A stretch of 63,314 nucleotides of DNA, filler included, from Nemertoderma westbladi (taxonomy: Eukaryota > Animalia > Xenacoelomorpha): assembly GCA_032718475.1 (NCBI GenBank). It is 3 parts of 3 records of this genome, joined end to end, with 100 filler letters (N's around TTAATTAATTAA, not from the genome) between each part and the next. Parts side by side here need not be neighbours in the genome. Positions count along the whole stretch, not along the records: positions 1 to 28,703 come from JAUCBJ010002697.1; 2 more parts are not named here. One strand, written 5' to 3'. Below are positions 10,822 through 21,543 of this stretch, in pieces (position 1 is the stretch's first letter; every line of letters begins with the position of its first letter). Position numbers and translations under genes: made by a program. The notes below the pieces were generated by a model. That model worked only from the letters and a program-made list of their open reading frames with translations, did no database searches and was not told where the DNA came from.

Positions 10822-13800
10822 TTAGTCTTTCTTGCGCGGACGGCGTTTACGCAGTTTTTTAAAGCTAGCCAGAGTCCTTTTCTCTTTGGGGCGAGCCACT
10901 TTACAAGGAGGGCTATAACTTCTGGGTGAAGGGTGCAATATGATTGCATCAGAGGGTGTAGGATTATGGTCGGTGTATCCGCCAGTCGAAGTACCGGGTT
11001 GATTGACATCAACGTCAGGGGAGAGGGGTCTAACGGCTTTGAGAGCTCGTTTCAAGACAGCCGCTCTTACGGGTCCTTTACGAGTGGTCTGAACGAGGGC
11101 CGTGGGTGGACCATAGGCAGTTAGAAACCTCCGGGGTTTAATGGTTCTTTCCAACTCGCGTTCGCGGGCTCGGTATTTGTAAGGCCGTCGATACTTCTCT
11201 GCAGCTGAGTTTCTTAGGCTGAGCTTGGTCAAAGCGCGGTCTTTAAATTGGCTATCCACGTTGCGGAACGGGGTTAAAAATCGCCGGAAACATTCGAAAT
11301 GGATGAATTTATTATGTTCATCTAGCTTAGCGTGTTTGGTCCCAAGTATTAATGGATGGGCGCGTATGGTACGACTGCACACATCGGCTAGCCAACCGGC
11401 AAGTGCGGTGTTTTCAAAGATCGTGTATATAGCTAAGGAGGGACGGAGTGGAACACTCATGAAGCTATACACGGCGCCAGGTGCGGTCAATGGTCCATCA
11501 AAGTATAATCGAGAATAATGGTCTCCGTATACTTGTTGATAGTTAATGGGATTTCCGACTTTGAAATTCCATCCGTATTCCTGAAAGGCAAGATGTCCGA
11601 TGGAAGTTCGTTGCACCTTTGTAATGTTGCTAGACGTATTAGCATACATGGTGCGGAAGAAACCTCGACCTTCTGCCCAGGGAGCAATCAGCTGAGTATC
11701 AACGAAAGGGTATGGAATGTTCTCCATATTCCGAAAGTCGTTTTGGAGATCTCCATAAACAGCTGAGCCGATTTTAAGGATTCTTTCGTTGAATAACATC
11801 TCGAGTACAGGCTGGGGTAACATCGATCCATCGATGCCCATGGCCGGTTTGCGTTCGGTGTCAATGACGTAACGCTGCGCGAGTTCGAATTGTCCATGTC
11901 GGAGATTCTTTTGTGTTTCGGTGAGAGTTTCAAAAGAATAATCAATCACTTCGGAACACGCTCGAGTAAACACGTGGGTAGAACCAGCTAATCCGCGTAT
12001 GTGGATCATGCGCGTAGTTCCTAGTTCTCCGACCGGAACGCTACCTTCATTATCGTAGGTGACAACTCCATACATCTCAATAACATTAAGAGTTTCATTC
12101 CACTCCTTGGTGGCGTTCTCTAGGGTCATCCCTACTGGATGCCACAAGGTGGCGCATTGGTTAGCGTCAGGGAGATCACTATACTTCATGTGCCGAGTGG
12201 TATACGTCTCCACATTTCCATATCTTTGTATTTTCTCTTCTTCAAATAATACATCTAGATTCCAATGGACTAATCGAGTTTTGATAAATCCATCGAGATT
12301 ATAAGGAGGTTCTATATCTTTCTCGATTCGAGAAATGTTATATGGTTTTCTAAATGAGTTTACCTTTACTAACTGATCCAGATGTTTCTGCAATTGTTCG
12401 AGTTCGACAATGTCTAGAGGATTTATTAGTGGTAGAAACTTTAAATTATGCGTCGGGTCTTCTGGTTTTACCATATAATATTGAGTCAGATTAACGTAAT
12501 AAGGGTGGTCTTTAATCCCATAAAACGAGTTCTGTAAAGGTCTAGCGCGTATGTTGACATCGTGTACCATACGACGGACAAGATCCGCTCGATTGTCCGG
12601 AGGTTCAACGAGTATACCGTCAACACGAGCGGCCTCGATCGGCGGACGCTGTAACATAGGGGCGTCAGCGATGAGATTGTGCGATCCTGTACTGATATCA
12701 ACCGGTTGAGGCTGTATCGTCGCGAAGAGCTTGTCTCCGAAATGTGGAATCATCGAGGGATGACGAACGGTTTTAGAGTAGAGGTCCGTCATGAGGATTT
12801 GAGCTTCAGGTTGGGCTAAAGCGGCTTCTTCTCTCTCTTCCAGTTTCGTGTGTTTCTCCTCGATTAGATTTTCTTCCGATTGTCTCTGTAAGCGTTCATC
12901 TAAAAATTCTTGTAGAGAATACGTGCGTCCAAGCTCGATGTCTTCCTCGAGGTTTTGGATTTCTCTATCAAACTGTGGCAAGGCTAACTCCTTCACCGAT
13001 TGGACTTGTTGTTGTAATTTACGTTTCTCTAAACAATCTTGTGTTCCCTTTCCGATTTTCTGTCGAATGGCGTCTAAAGCGTTTCTTATAACGCTCTCCT
13101 CGACTTCCGTGGCGGGTTGCATCGGGTTTAATCCTGGACGATTGTAAGGATCAAAGGGCGATATTAGCTGCCCGCGTCCCAATCCGGCTAAGTAGGATGG
13201 GCGAATGTCTAACGAACCCACTACCGGAGCACCACCGATTAATTGTTCGGGTAACACTAAGTCTTTGAACAGGGAATATAGTTCGGGAGGATCAGTGATA
13301 CTGTTAGGATCAAGAGTTTGAGGTCTGACTAGGGAATGGGGAGGCCTGACCGAGTATTCCGGAACTCTGATCATGGGTTTATTCAGTGATCGTTTAAGAC
13401 GAGCGATCGTAGGTGGTACGTCGAACAGGTTTCGCTCGAAACTCCCGTACGTGTAACGCGTAAAGCTGTGTTTAGCGCAACGTCTCCGCGGATGTTTGTG
13501 TCTTTCAGTTTGTTGGTTGGGTCTAGGGCATTCGTCACAATAATACCAAAGACGTACGTCCTATAGAGGAAACGCGGGTGAACGTTCTCCAGTTTTGCAA
13601 TATTCTTCCATTTGTTCAAAACTATCCGGGATAACAGGTAGTGGACGATCGGCGGTAAGATACATCATAGTGAAATAGAGCCGTTTGAGTTCTACCACAG
13701 GGTCGTGATGTATACCTTGAGGATATCGAGTCTCTAAGTTCTGCTGACTAGCGATGTTGAGATAGGTTTCTCTCAAAAATTCTAGGTATTCGTTGAAGTC

Positions 13801-14205
13801 GATGCGTTTATCCGGTTCTTCAACGTTTTCTCTTTCCAGTCTATTACGAATAGAATTTTCGTGATCTATTCTCGGTTTATCGTTACGACTCCGCTGGGTA
13901 TGATATTTAAATAGAACCATTTCCCTCTCTGTATCTACATCGTCAGTATCATGTAAATCGATAGGATGGCCGGTAGTTAAGAAGTCCATATACGTACCAT
14001 TACGATTCGTATAGCGAGTGGTGAATTTTCGATAGTCTAATTCACGCGCAAGTTGCTCTTGGGACATCGGCGGTTCGATATAACGACCATCGTCCTCCGT
14101 AATGGTTGGATCGGCTTCACCGCGTATTAAGCTATCCACAAATGCTTGTAAAGGTAGAGTATATCGCTCCCTAATACCAAGATCATCTTCTATCAACTCC
14201 GTCAT
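10822..14205 (-). CDS. Retrotransposon accessory ORF (~1127 codons, one in-frame TAG at 13561-13563) with a WRN/EXD-like DEDDy 3'-5' exonuclease domain (~11400-12100)
   Basis: The 214-aa and 850-aa ORFs are in frame with 62 open codons between them; GVVTYDNEG (ExoI), LPQPVLEMLFNERILKIGSAVYGDL (ExoII), FVDTQ, SIGHLAFQEYGWNFK, PLRPSLAIYTIFE (ExoIII-like); basic C-terminal tail. Confidence 0.7.
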
Positions 14206-15025
14206 ATCTGCTATCTGAGTTTATTAATATCAAAATAAGTTTATATTTTAGGCGAGCGGGCGTCGCTGCCTACTTCTCTTTGCCCCCGGACAGTGGGATT
14301 CTCAGCGCCGATGTACCATCGTCGCGTTGTTTACGCCAACATGTAGCAACAGCACGACAACGATAACCGGCACAAGTCACTCCACTGTCCGTCCCAAAGG
14401 CTTGGATCCACTTAGGTTCTTTCTATAGGAGAGTTGGGCTACTTTTACAATTGCGACTAGCTACTGTAAACATACTTTAGCAGTAACATTCACCTATAAA
14501 CGCACAAATTCCACACAACTGTCACCAATTATACACATACAGGCCATTTGTTCGTTAGTCAGTGCCTTCCAGAATGTCACGTTATTACTGTGTATCCTTG
14601 GATACTAACAGTGTGCTATGTATTCTCTATGCTATGCAATGTGACAAGCTTTCTATTGTTCTCTTAACTTGCTTCTAATTCTAGCGTGGGTGTTGCTATG
14701 GTGACATTATGGAATGCTAGCGGTAGAATTAGGGTAATTCTCATGCATACAGATCTGGGATGCTATTTAATAATAATTCTTTAATTGTCAATATCCTCTT
14801 TATGCATGATTTTATTAATTTTATCGGCTATTGACTATATGTTGGAGATTCTCGCACTCTAATACACTCAATAGGATGAATCTCCGCTCCCATGATCTAT
14901 TAATTAATGGAATTTTGGGAATGTTATAAATTGTACAAAATGACAATTTATGAAATTCATTTAAAATATGAATTTGAATTTATTCCCGTGAATTTTATTA
15001 TTTGATGTTAAAATTGACACAATTT

Positions 15026-15286
15026 GATTCCAGAGCAGGTCTGGGGACATAGGATCCTTAATTCTATAAAATTGTCTTTTAAGAGTATCAGTAAGTGCTG
15101 CGATATCTTAATTGACTAGAAATTTCAAAGGACCTGAATTTTACAGATTTTTACTAAATATTAAATTAATATTTAAGATGGGCACCGATTTATTCCAGAA
15201 CTTGTCTTGGGACGTTAACCACTGATTCTAGAATTTGTCTTTCAAGTATATCGGTGGGTGCCGCGATATCTTAATCGACTAGAATT
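15026..15286. repeat. Two diverged ~100-bp direct repeats in the element's intergenic region
   Basis: ATTCCAGA...GGGAC...ATTCTA...TTGTCTTT...GCGATATCTTAAT(T/C)GACTAGAA at ~15026-15124 and ~15191-15286. Confidence 0.7.
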
Positions 15287-15835
15287 ACAGATGGTCAAAA
15301 GGTTTAACAGATTTATTTGCGTTTTACGCTACTGTTAGAGGGACATCACGCTACTATATGTATTATTTAATATAAGGTAGAAGAGCCATATCGCAAGAAG
15401 CAATGTCAGTGTGAAGAGGCAAGTCGTTTCCAAGGTCTACCCAGAGCTTGGTTTAGCCGAGACACGAGGATCTGAACTTTGCATTCCTAATACTCTGCCT
15501 ACCAATAATACTTGAATATAGTAGTGGCTTTTTTTTGTACTTTACTAAGTACGGACATTTCATCTTACTGTAGTCACGTATTTACAATATGATACGGACA
15601 GTAAGGAAAGAGAAAAATAATTATTTCTCGCCGTCGCACTAAATATATATGATAAGTAATTACGTACGTAATAAACACTAATACATTGCACTAATCTACT
15701 AAATAATCACTAAAATAACATTTTACTAAATAAAATTGAATAAAAACGATTATAATAAAGTACATAATAAAGTTCACATATAAAAATATAATAAAATAGA
15801 TAAAACAATGTAGTCATACACCCACTCCAGACGTA

Positions 15836-16434
15836 TCACGTTGGGGAGTCCCTAGATGTTTGAGGAATTAGGGAGGTGGTCGTGGGAAGAGTGTCTTGCC
15901 TTCCATAGTTTCCGGAGAGTTCTCTGTCTCTTTCCAGTAAACATAAACGACCAACTGGGCGATTGAGTTGTTGCGTCTCAAAGATTATGCCTGGCTTCTT
16001 GAAGTTACGCCGCATGACGATGAGTTCTACCGAGCGTACTAAACCATCATCCGAGATGTGGGTCTCGATGATACGACCTGTCTGCCACCGTTTACGTGGG
16101 AGGTCTGGATCTACAATAAGCACCATATCTCCGGCGCTGACGTTTTCTTGCTGCGCAAACCACTTAGTTCGAAGTTGTAGCGTGGGCAGATAATGTTTCT
16201 CGAAATGGTCAGCGAAACGACGGGATAGCAACTGCATAAGTTGCCAAGTTCGACGGCAGTATTCGTCTCCGTCGGCAATCTCCGATCGTGGGAGCATGGC
16301 TACAGGTTTCTTCAGTAGGAAGTGTGCGGGTGTTAGAGCTTCCAGGGAATCGGGACTCGATGAGACTGGCATAAGCGGTCTCTCGTTGAGATAGGCAGCT
16401 ATTTCCTCCATTAACGTCCGCAAAAGTTCGTCGG
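15836..16434 (-). pseudogene. C-terminal fragment of Bel/Pao integrase (DUF5641-like region)
   Basis: TDELLRTLMEEIAAYLNERPL...LTPAHFL...YLPTLQLRTKW...GDMVLIVD..PRKRWQTGRI...DGLVRSV; fused directly to LTR sequence at 16435. Confidence 0.9.
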
Positions 16435-16725
16435 TGATCGGCCGAATATCTCCACATCGACAGAAAAAATCGCTCTGATTGGCTTAAGCTAAACAAAGAA
16501 CCATGTGTCCAATGGCCGTTTCCATGTCAGCAACCAGCTGTTAGATGTCGTAATCTGAATCATCAAGGCTAAGCTGTGTAAGGGTATTTGGTGCATTGCG
16601 GGTTTTTTGCCTTACCATGTCCGCCAAAGCACGTATATAGAAGAATGACTTTTATGTCCGTTAAAACACCTATAACGGTACCTTGCGGGCGAGGGGGACT
16701 GAGTATATCCGCAAAAGCTTTTACA
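16435..16725 (-). repeat. 5' LTR (truncated, fused to integrase)
   Basis: Same sequence as 10453-10743; no PBS, gag, protease or RT follows. Confidence 0.85.
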
Positions 16726-17063
16726 TTATGCGATCCAGAGGTCATGGTTCGATTCCCGCACGGTTGACATGAGAGTGTCAATCAGACAAACCCCAGCTAT
16801 ATCGTGCAAACCGAAGCTATTTTAGTGTACAAACCAAAGCTATAACCAAAAAATCCAAAATATCTCACGAACTCAAGTAATATACCATAGAATACAAGTC
16901 GTAGCATATACAAACTATAGCCATAGCAAAGAAACAAACCCAATCTATGACGTACAAATAAAAATCAATTCTTTGCTATGATGCTATCGATGGGTTTCAA
17001 AATTAAATTACATAATTTAGTTTAAATCTTCCACAGTCAGTATAATGTGATGCCTTTACACAG

Positions 17064-18700
17064 GTTTGAAATGGGATTTCCAAGGCAAATGCTCATATAC
17101 CTGGACAAAGAATTGTGGTGGTAATTTGCCAAAATTTGAAGTATATGGAAAGAATCACGCCAGACCTGATCGTGTTGCGCTAAAACATCTCAAACCACAT
17201 GTGACCTTCATTCACTATGTCCAGATGGATGTCTACGACATAAATATCAAGCTTGGACCGGGATTTAAAGTTCTTGTAGATGGTATTAGCGTAAAGTTGC
17301 CGAACTACCCTATCGCAGGTAAAATATCTATCGAGAAATGTGGAAAGAATATACAAGTTGTAACAGATTACGGGCTTTATGTGATCTACAATGGAGATCG
17401 GGAAGCATATGTAGCTGCTTGTGGAAAGGGAATGAAGGGGAATGTCTGCGGAATGTGTGGAAATTACAATGGGAAAAAGGGAGACGACAACCTAAAACGT
17501 GACGGCACTGCCGCAACAGGCGATAAGAATGCTAGAACATGGGAATACGGTAATTCCTGGTTAAAAGAAAACGATGAACCCGGATGCACAAACACTGTGC
17601 CAGAAGATCCATGTTCAAAAGAAATTAGAGCTGAAGTTAGTAAAAAATGCGCGCAGCTAAAGTGTCCCTCGGGTGCTTTCTTGAATTGCCACACTGCGAT
17701 TCCACCAAAGGATACGTATGACTCATGCGTATACGATGGTTGTCAATACAAGGGGGCACAAGACCAAATTTGCAGATCTTACGAATCTTATGAAAATGCT
17801 TGCCGTAAGTCAGGCATCGTGCCAGGGCCCTGGCGAACAAAGGACTTCTGCCCTAAGGATTGCCCGGAGAACACTCATTATGAGAACTGTGCAGCGTTGG
17901 AGCAGCCGTCGTGTAACAATCCCGACATCCCAAGAATAGGCCAGGACGGAGATTGCGACACCGATGGTTGTGTGTGTGACGACGGATTTTTGGAGGCCGG
18001 ATCCACCTGTGTCCCCGAAAACCATTGCGGATGCACCGATGATGACGGCGGTTACCATGACAAAGACGATGTTTGGGGGAGCTGTGATATAAAGTACACT
18101 TGTGCAGGTCTAGATCAAATAGATGAGGAAGCCAGACGTCCTTGTGGGGAAAACGCATATTGCGGAGTTGTGAAGGAGAAGCCAACTTGTAAATGTAATA
18201 AAGGATATGGTGGCGATGGGTTTGCTTGTCACCCTAGCAAATGTACTTACGAAGGTAAAGAATATAATATCGGAGATACTTGGGGCTCTTGCACCAAAGA
18301 ATGCATTTGCAATGAAAAGGGAAGTCCTGATTGTACGGAAAAGCGTGGTTGTGGGGAAAATGCGCATTGTGAAACACTGTCTAATGGAAAGCATGGCTGC
18401 ACCTGCGAAAACCTGTATGTCGGCGATGGATATACATGCGAGAAACAGCACTGTACAACGGAAAGTGGAGAGAAGGTTGAGTTACTGGCTACTTCGGAAA
18501 CTTGTGGTGTTATTTGTGAGTGTAAGATCGGTGGAGTTATGGAATGCGTGGATAAGGATGCTTGCGGGGAGCATGCACATTGCGGGGAGGACACGGATAA
18601 TGAATGCGTTTGCGACGAAGGTTTCGATGGAGATGGATACACGTGCACATTGGAAGGAGGCGGTGGTGCTGGACTTAGTGGTGGGGCAGCTAAACCAAAG
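17064..18700 (+). CDS. Mosaic protein exon 4 (VWD, C8, TIL, three Cys-rich+EGF-like units)
   Basis: ACACAG| phase 1 continues YDG-LKWDFQGKCSY; VCGMCGNYNG; YGNSW; C8 (FLNCH..YDSCVYDGC..WRTKDFCP); TIL (CPENTHYENC..GCVCDDGF..CVPENHCGC); 3x CGE(N/H)AxC..CxC..GDG(F/Y)xC; donor AAG|GTTTGT phase 0. Confidence 0.92.
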
Positions 18701-18931
18701 GTTTGTGTCCATGCTATTTAGCTAACTGATGCTATCAATAATTATCTAATTTAATTATAAAATTAGAGTTAAAATAATATAAGAAATATTATTGTGAAAT
18801 AGTATTCATGTCTAATCATATGAAGGGCACATCTATTATTCTTATTACACAACTATATTATAATTATAATACTACCATGAATAATTGTGACAATCCATTT
18901 TCTAAATTTAACTACAGATATTTTATTCCAG

Positions 18932-19125
18932 GATGTCAACACATTTTGCCAAGATTGGGCTACAAGCGGGCAATGCGAATCTAACCCGGTTTATATGTGG
19001 GAGAATTGTCCAGTTAGCTGCGAGGTATACGGGGATCCTGAGAGTAAACCTGGATCATCGACGACGACGTCAACAGTACAATGTGTCAATTGGGCCAAAG
19101 CCGGGGAGTGTACAAATAATGCGCT
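18932..19125 (+). CDS. Mosaic protein exon 5 (ShK-like domains)
   Basis: TTCCAG| phase 0; CQDWATSGQCESNPVYMWENCPVSC; CVNWAKAGECTNNA; donor CT|GTAAGT phase 2. Confidence 0.9.
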
Positions 19126-20149
19126 GTAAGTGTAAAATATGTGGGGGGGGGGGGGGGGGGGTTTCAAATTGTTATTTAAACTTCATTATTGTAAATTTTA
19201 TGCATTATTCCCTCCTGTCTATAATAACATTACAACATTCTAGTTAACATTGCCTGTTTAATGAGGTTTCTACTGTATTACAGTACTAGGGTATTTATTA
19301 ATGAGGTTACTATTACTAGGGTATTTTTTCCTTCCCAAAGTTTTGAATTTCATACATAAAATTGTTTTTGACACGTTTGGAGCACCCACATAAAATATGC
19401 CTGAGTATATCTGTTAACAACATAAAGTTACATGGCTAATACAACCAGTACTGTTGTCACGCACATAAGCAACGAGGTGCCCTACAGTTATGGTGGCATC
19501 TCATTGATTGCCTAATCATTGATAGCAATCAATTCATAATAATATCTATCGTGGAGAAGAGGAATGTCAATAAATTAAGAATACAGTTCCATAGTACAGG
19601 AAAAACAAATAGCTTTTCTCTTTCTCCCTTATGGGTTCTTGTCGATAATACTAAGCTTGGTCGGTAAAGTACACCTCTCTTGTTTTTAATAAATAAATAG
19701 TTTTATTAATCTTCAATTTATCCAAAAATTTGGAAAAAAGAATTATTGGAATTTGTTAAATTATATAGTTTGAAGTATAAAGTTTGAAGTAGATGAAAAA
19801 CATTCATCCACACACCTAAAAGCACTGGCATTGGCTGCGTTATGTTCATCCATAAAGTAAAATTACATTGCCATTGAGAATCACAGCTAACTGTCAGTAA
19901 ACAAAATAGAATGAAAAAAAAAAAATAATAAACTTAATAGTTTTTAAAGGGGTACACAATTTATATCACACGTCGTTTAAATGTGAAAATTAGCAAACGT
20001 TGATCGGCATGCATTTAAGGTGCATCCCTGCTACTCGTGCGTGGTAACAATTACTGTACAACCAAATTACCAGCTCGCTAACCGGTGAAGGTGTCCATTC
20101 ATTTGCTGGTAATTTCCCAATTGATTTATTTGTTATTCATTATTGACAG

Positions 20150-21263
20150 ATTTATGGAGAAGGATTGTGCTCAAGCTTGTGAAGACTTAGAAAACGGTCT
20201 TATTGAAGCTGATGTCCCCCCAAGCCCAGAGCATTGCCAAGATCTTGGTGAGAATGGGGCATGCTTGACAACTCGTGCTTGGATGGAGAAATGGTGCGAA
20301 AATATCTGTGTTGGAGATTTACTTGAAGTAACGGACATCGATAAGGTGCCGCCAGAAATACCGGAGCCCCAGATTGCTGAAGTTCACGTGGTAAACGGCG
20401 ATTCGGTAGTAACATGCCCAGAGGGTTCAATGATGGCAGATTGTAAATGTAGTACATCTACATGCACTGGATCCTCCGTAGTCATCAACGAAAACCAAGA
20501 GTTAGAATGCCGAGTTGGTAATCAACTAAATGGTGAGGTGTCTGAGGCCGAGGCTGTTTGCACGGAGATGACCAGCGCTTTCGATCTATATATACCAACG
20601 GGCTACGCCGTTGGAAAGTGTGCCGCCACTGAATGCCCCTCAGACTACGTAATGATCAGTTGCAACTCCGAAGACGGTATCGACGGAAAGGGAAAAATCG
20701 AAGGAGGTAAGTGCCTCCCTAATTCAGAGAAATGCTTAGAACAAAGTACCTCGGAAGTTTCAGCTATATGTTATCGTATTTTTGATTCTACGCCCATAAA
20801 GGGTATGGTTCAAGGCGCAACAACGAATGTTGGGCCAGCAGGTGACATAGCGGCTACGGAGTGGTCTAGTCCTGCCGACTACGACATTGCGACGGCTCAG
20901 TGTCCGGAGGGTACCAATGTTATCGGGTGTTCCTGCGAAGGTGACTGCTCTGGTGTCAACCCAGGATTGGATTTCAAGAAGTGCGAAGTCACGGCAGCCA
21001 ATCACGGCCAAGTTACCGCGAAAATTCAGTGTTCAACAGCAATCTTGGATTACCGGTATGAAGGACAGGGTGGTGATGGAGGCGCAGTAGCGACGTGCCC
21101 TCAAGGCGGTGACCTCATTGGCTGCACTGCCTCCTACAACGAGGCAGCCGATGTACCTGCGGGGTTCACTGGCGCTGGAGTCACTAGCGGGACCACCTGC
21201 ACGGTGACCTGTAGCGGGTACTGCAGTGCACACGCCGTGTGTGGGATACGACCACAAAATTAA
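20150..21263 (+). CDS. Mosaic protein exon 6 (ShK-like ends plus four Cys-rich PCSK9/resistin-like modules; stop)
   Basis: TGACAG| phase 2 gives LFMEKDCAQAC completing ShK2; CQDLGENGAC..WMEKWCENIC; modules CPEG..(A/G)CxC..C..AxAxC; the six exons sum to 3738 nt (1245 aa plus stop). Confidence 0.88.
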
Positions 21264-21314
21264 GATTGTTTGATATCGGATACAAAACTCGATGTCTAAT
21301 TTTGTTTCGGTGGA

Positions 21315-21381
21315 TGCAGCACTTACCTGGGATGTGATGCAGCACTTACCTGGGATATGATGCAGCACTTACCTGGGATAT
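21315..21381. repeat. 22-bp tandem repeat x3 in the 3' UTR
   Basis: TGCAGCACTTACCTGGGAT(G/A)TGA repeated. Confidence 0.85.
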
Positions 21382-21537
21382 GGTGTTCACGATTTAATCA
21401 ATGTACACGGTGGATTTAGTACAGTAATATGTTATATGGTTTATGTTATACTGTTTATGGTTCTAGAACATTCATTATTTATAGAGTAAATTAGTTTATG
21501 TTGAATGATATTATATGTTTATGGTGAATTGCGTTTT

Positions 21538-21543
21538 AATAAA
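21538..21543 (+). terminator. Candidate polyadenylation signal
   Basis: AATAAA ~275 nt after the stop codon, followed by a TGTGGT-containing tract. Confidence 0.45.

Larger units (their letters stand above)
9573..16725 (-). mobile_element. Internally deleted Bel/Pao LTR retrotransposon in intron 3, antisense to the host gene (left boundary tentative; minimal extent 10453-16725)
   Basis: Identical 291-bp direct repeats beginning TGTAAAAG on the - strand; PPT GGGAGCGG before the 3' copy; Bel/Pao integrase C-terminus; candidate 5-bp TSD TTATG at 9568-9572 and 16726-16730 with TGTA...TACA ends. Confidence 0.8.

Noticed and set aside
10822-13374. Accessory ORF as an envelope gene
   Set aside because: No signal peptide, transmembrane helix or Cys-rich ectodomain; exonuclease-type motifs and a basic tail instead
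16731-16768. tRNA-like B-box GGTTCGATTCCC next to the LTR
   Set aside because: No A-box or cloverleaf; it lies outside the element so it is not a PBS; at most a SINE remnant
17328-18712. Many overlapping antisense or alternate-frame ORFs (also within 10900-13150 and 20200-21370)
   Set aside because: Shadows of the long real coding frames, with no independent motifs
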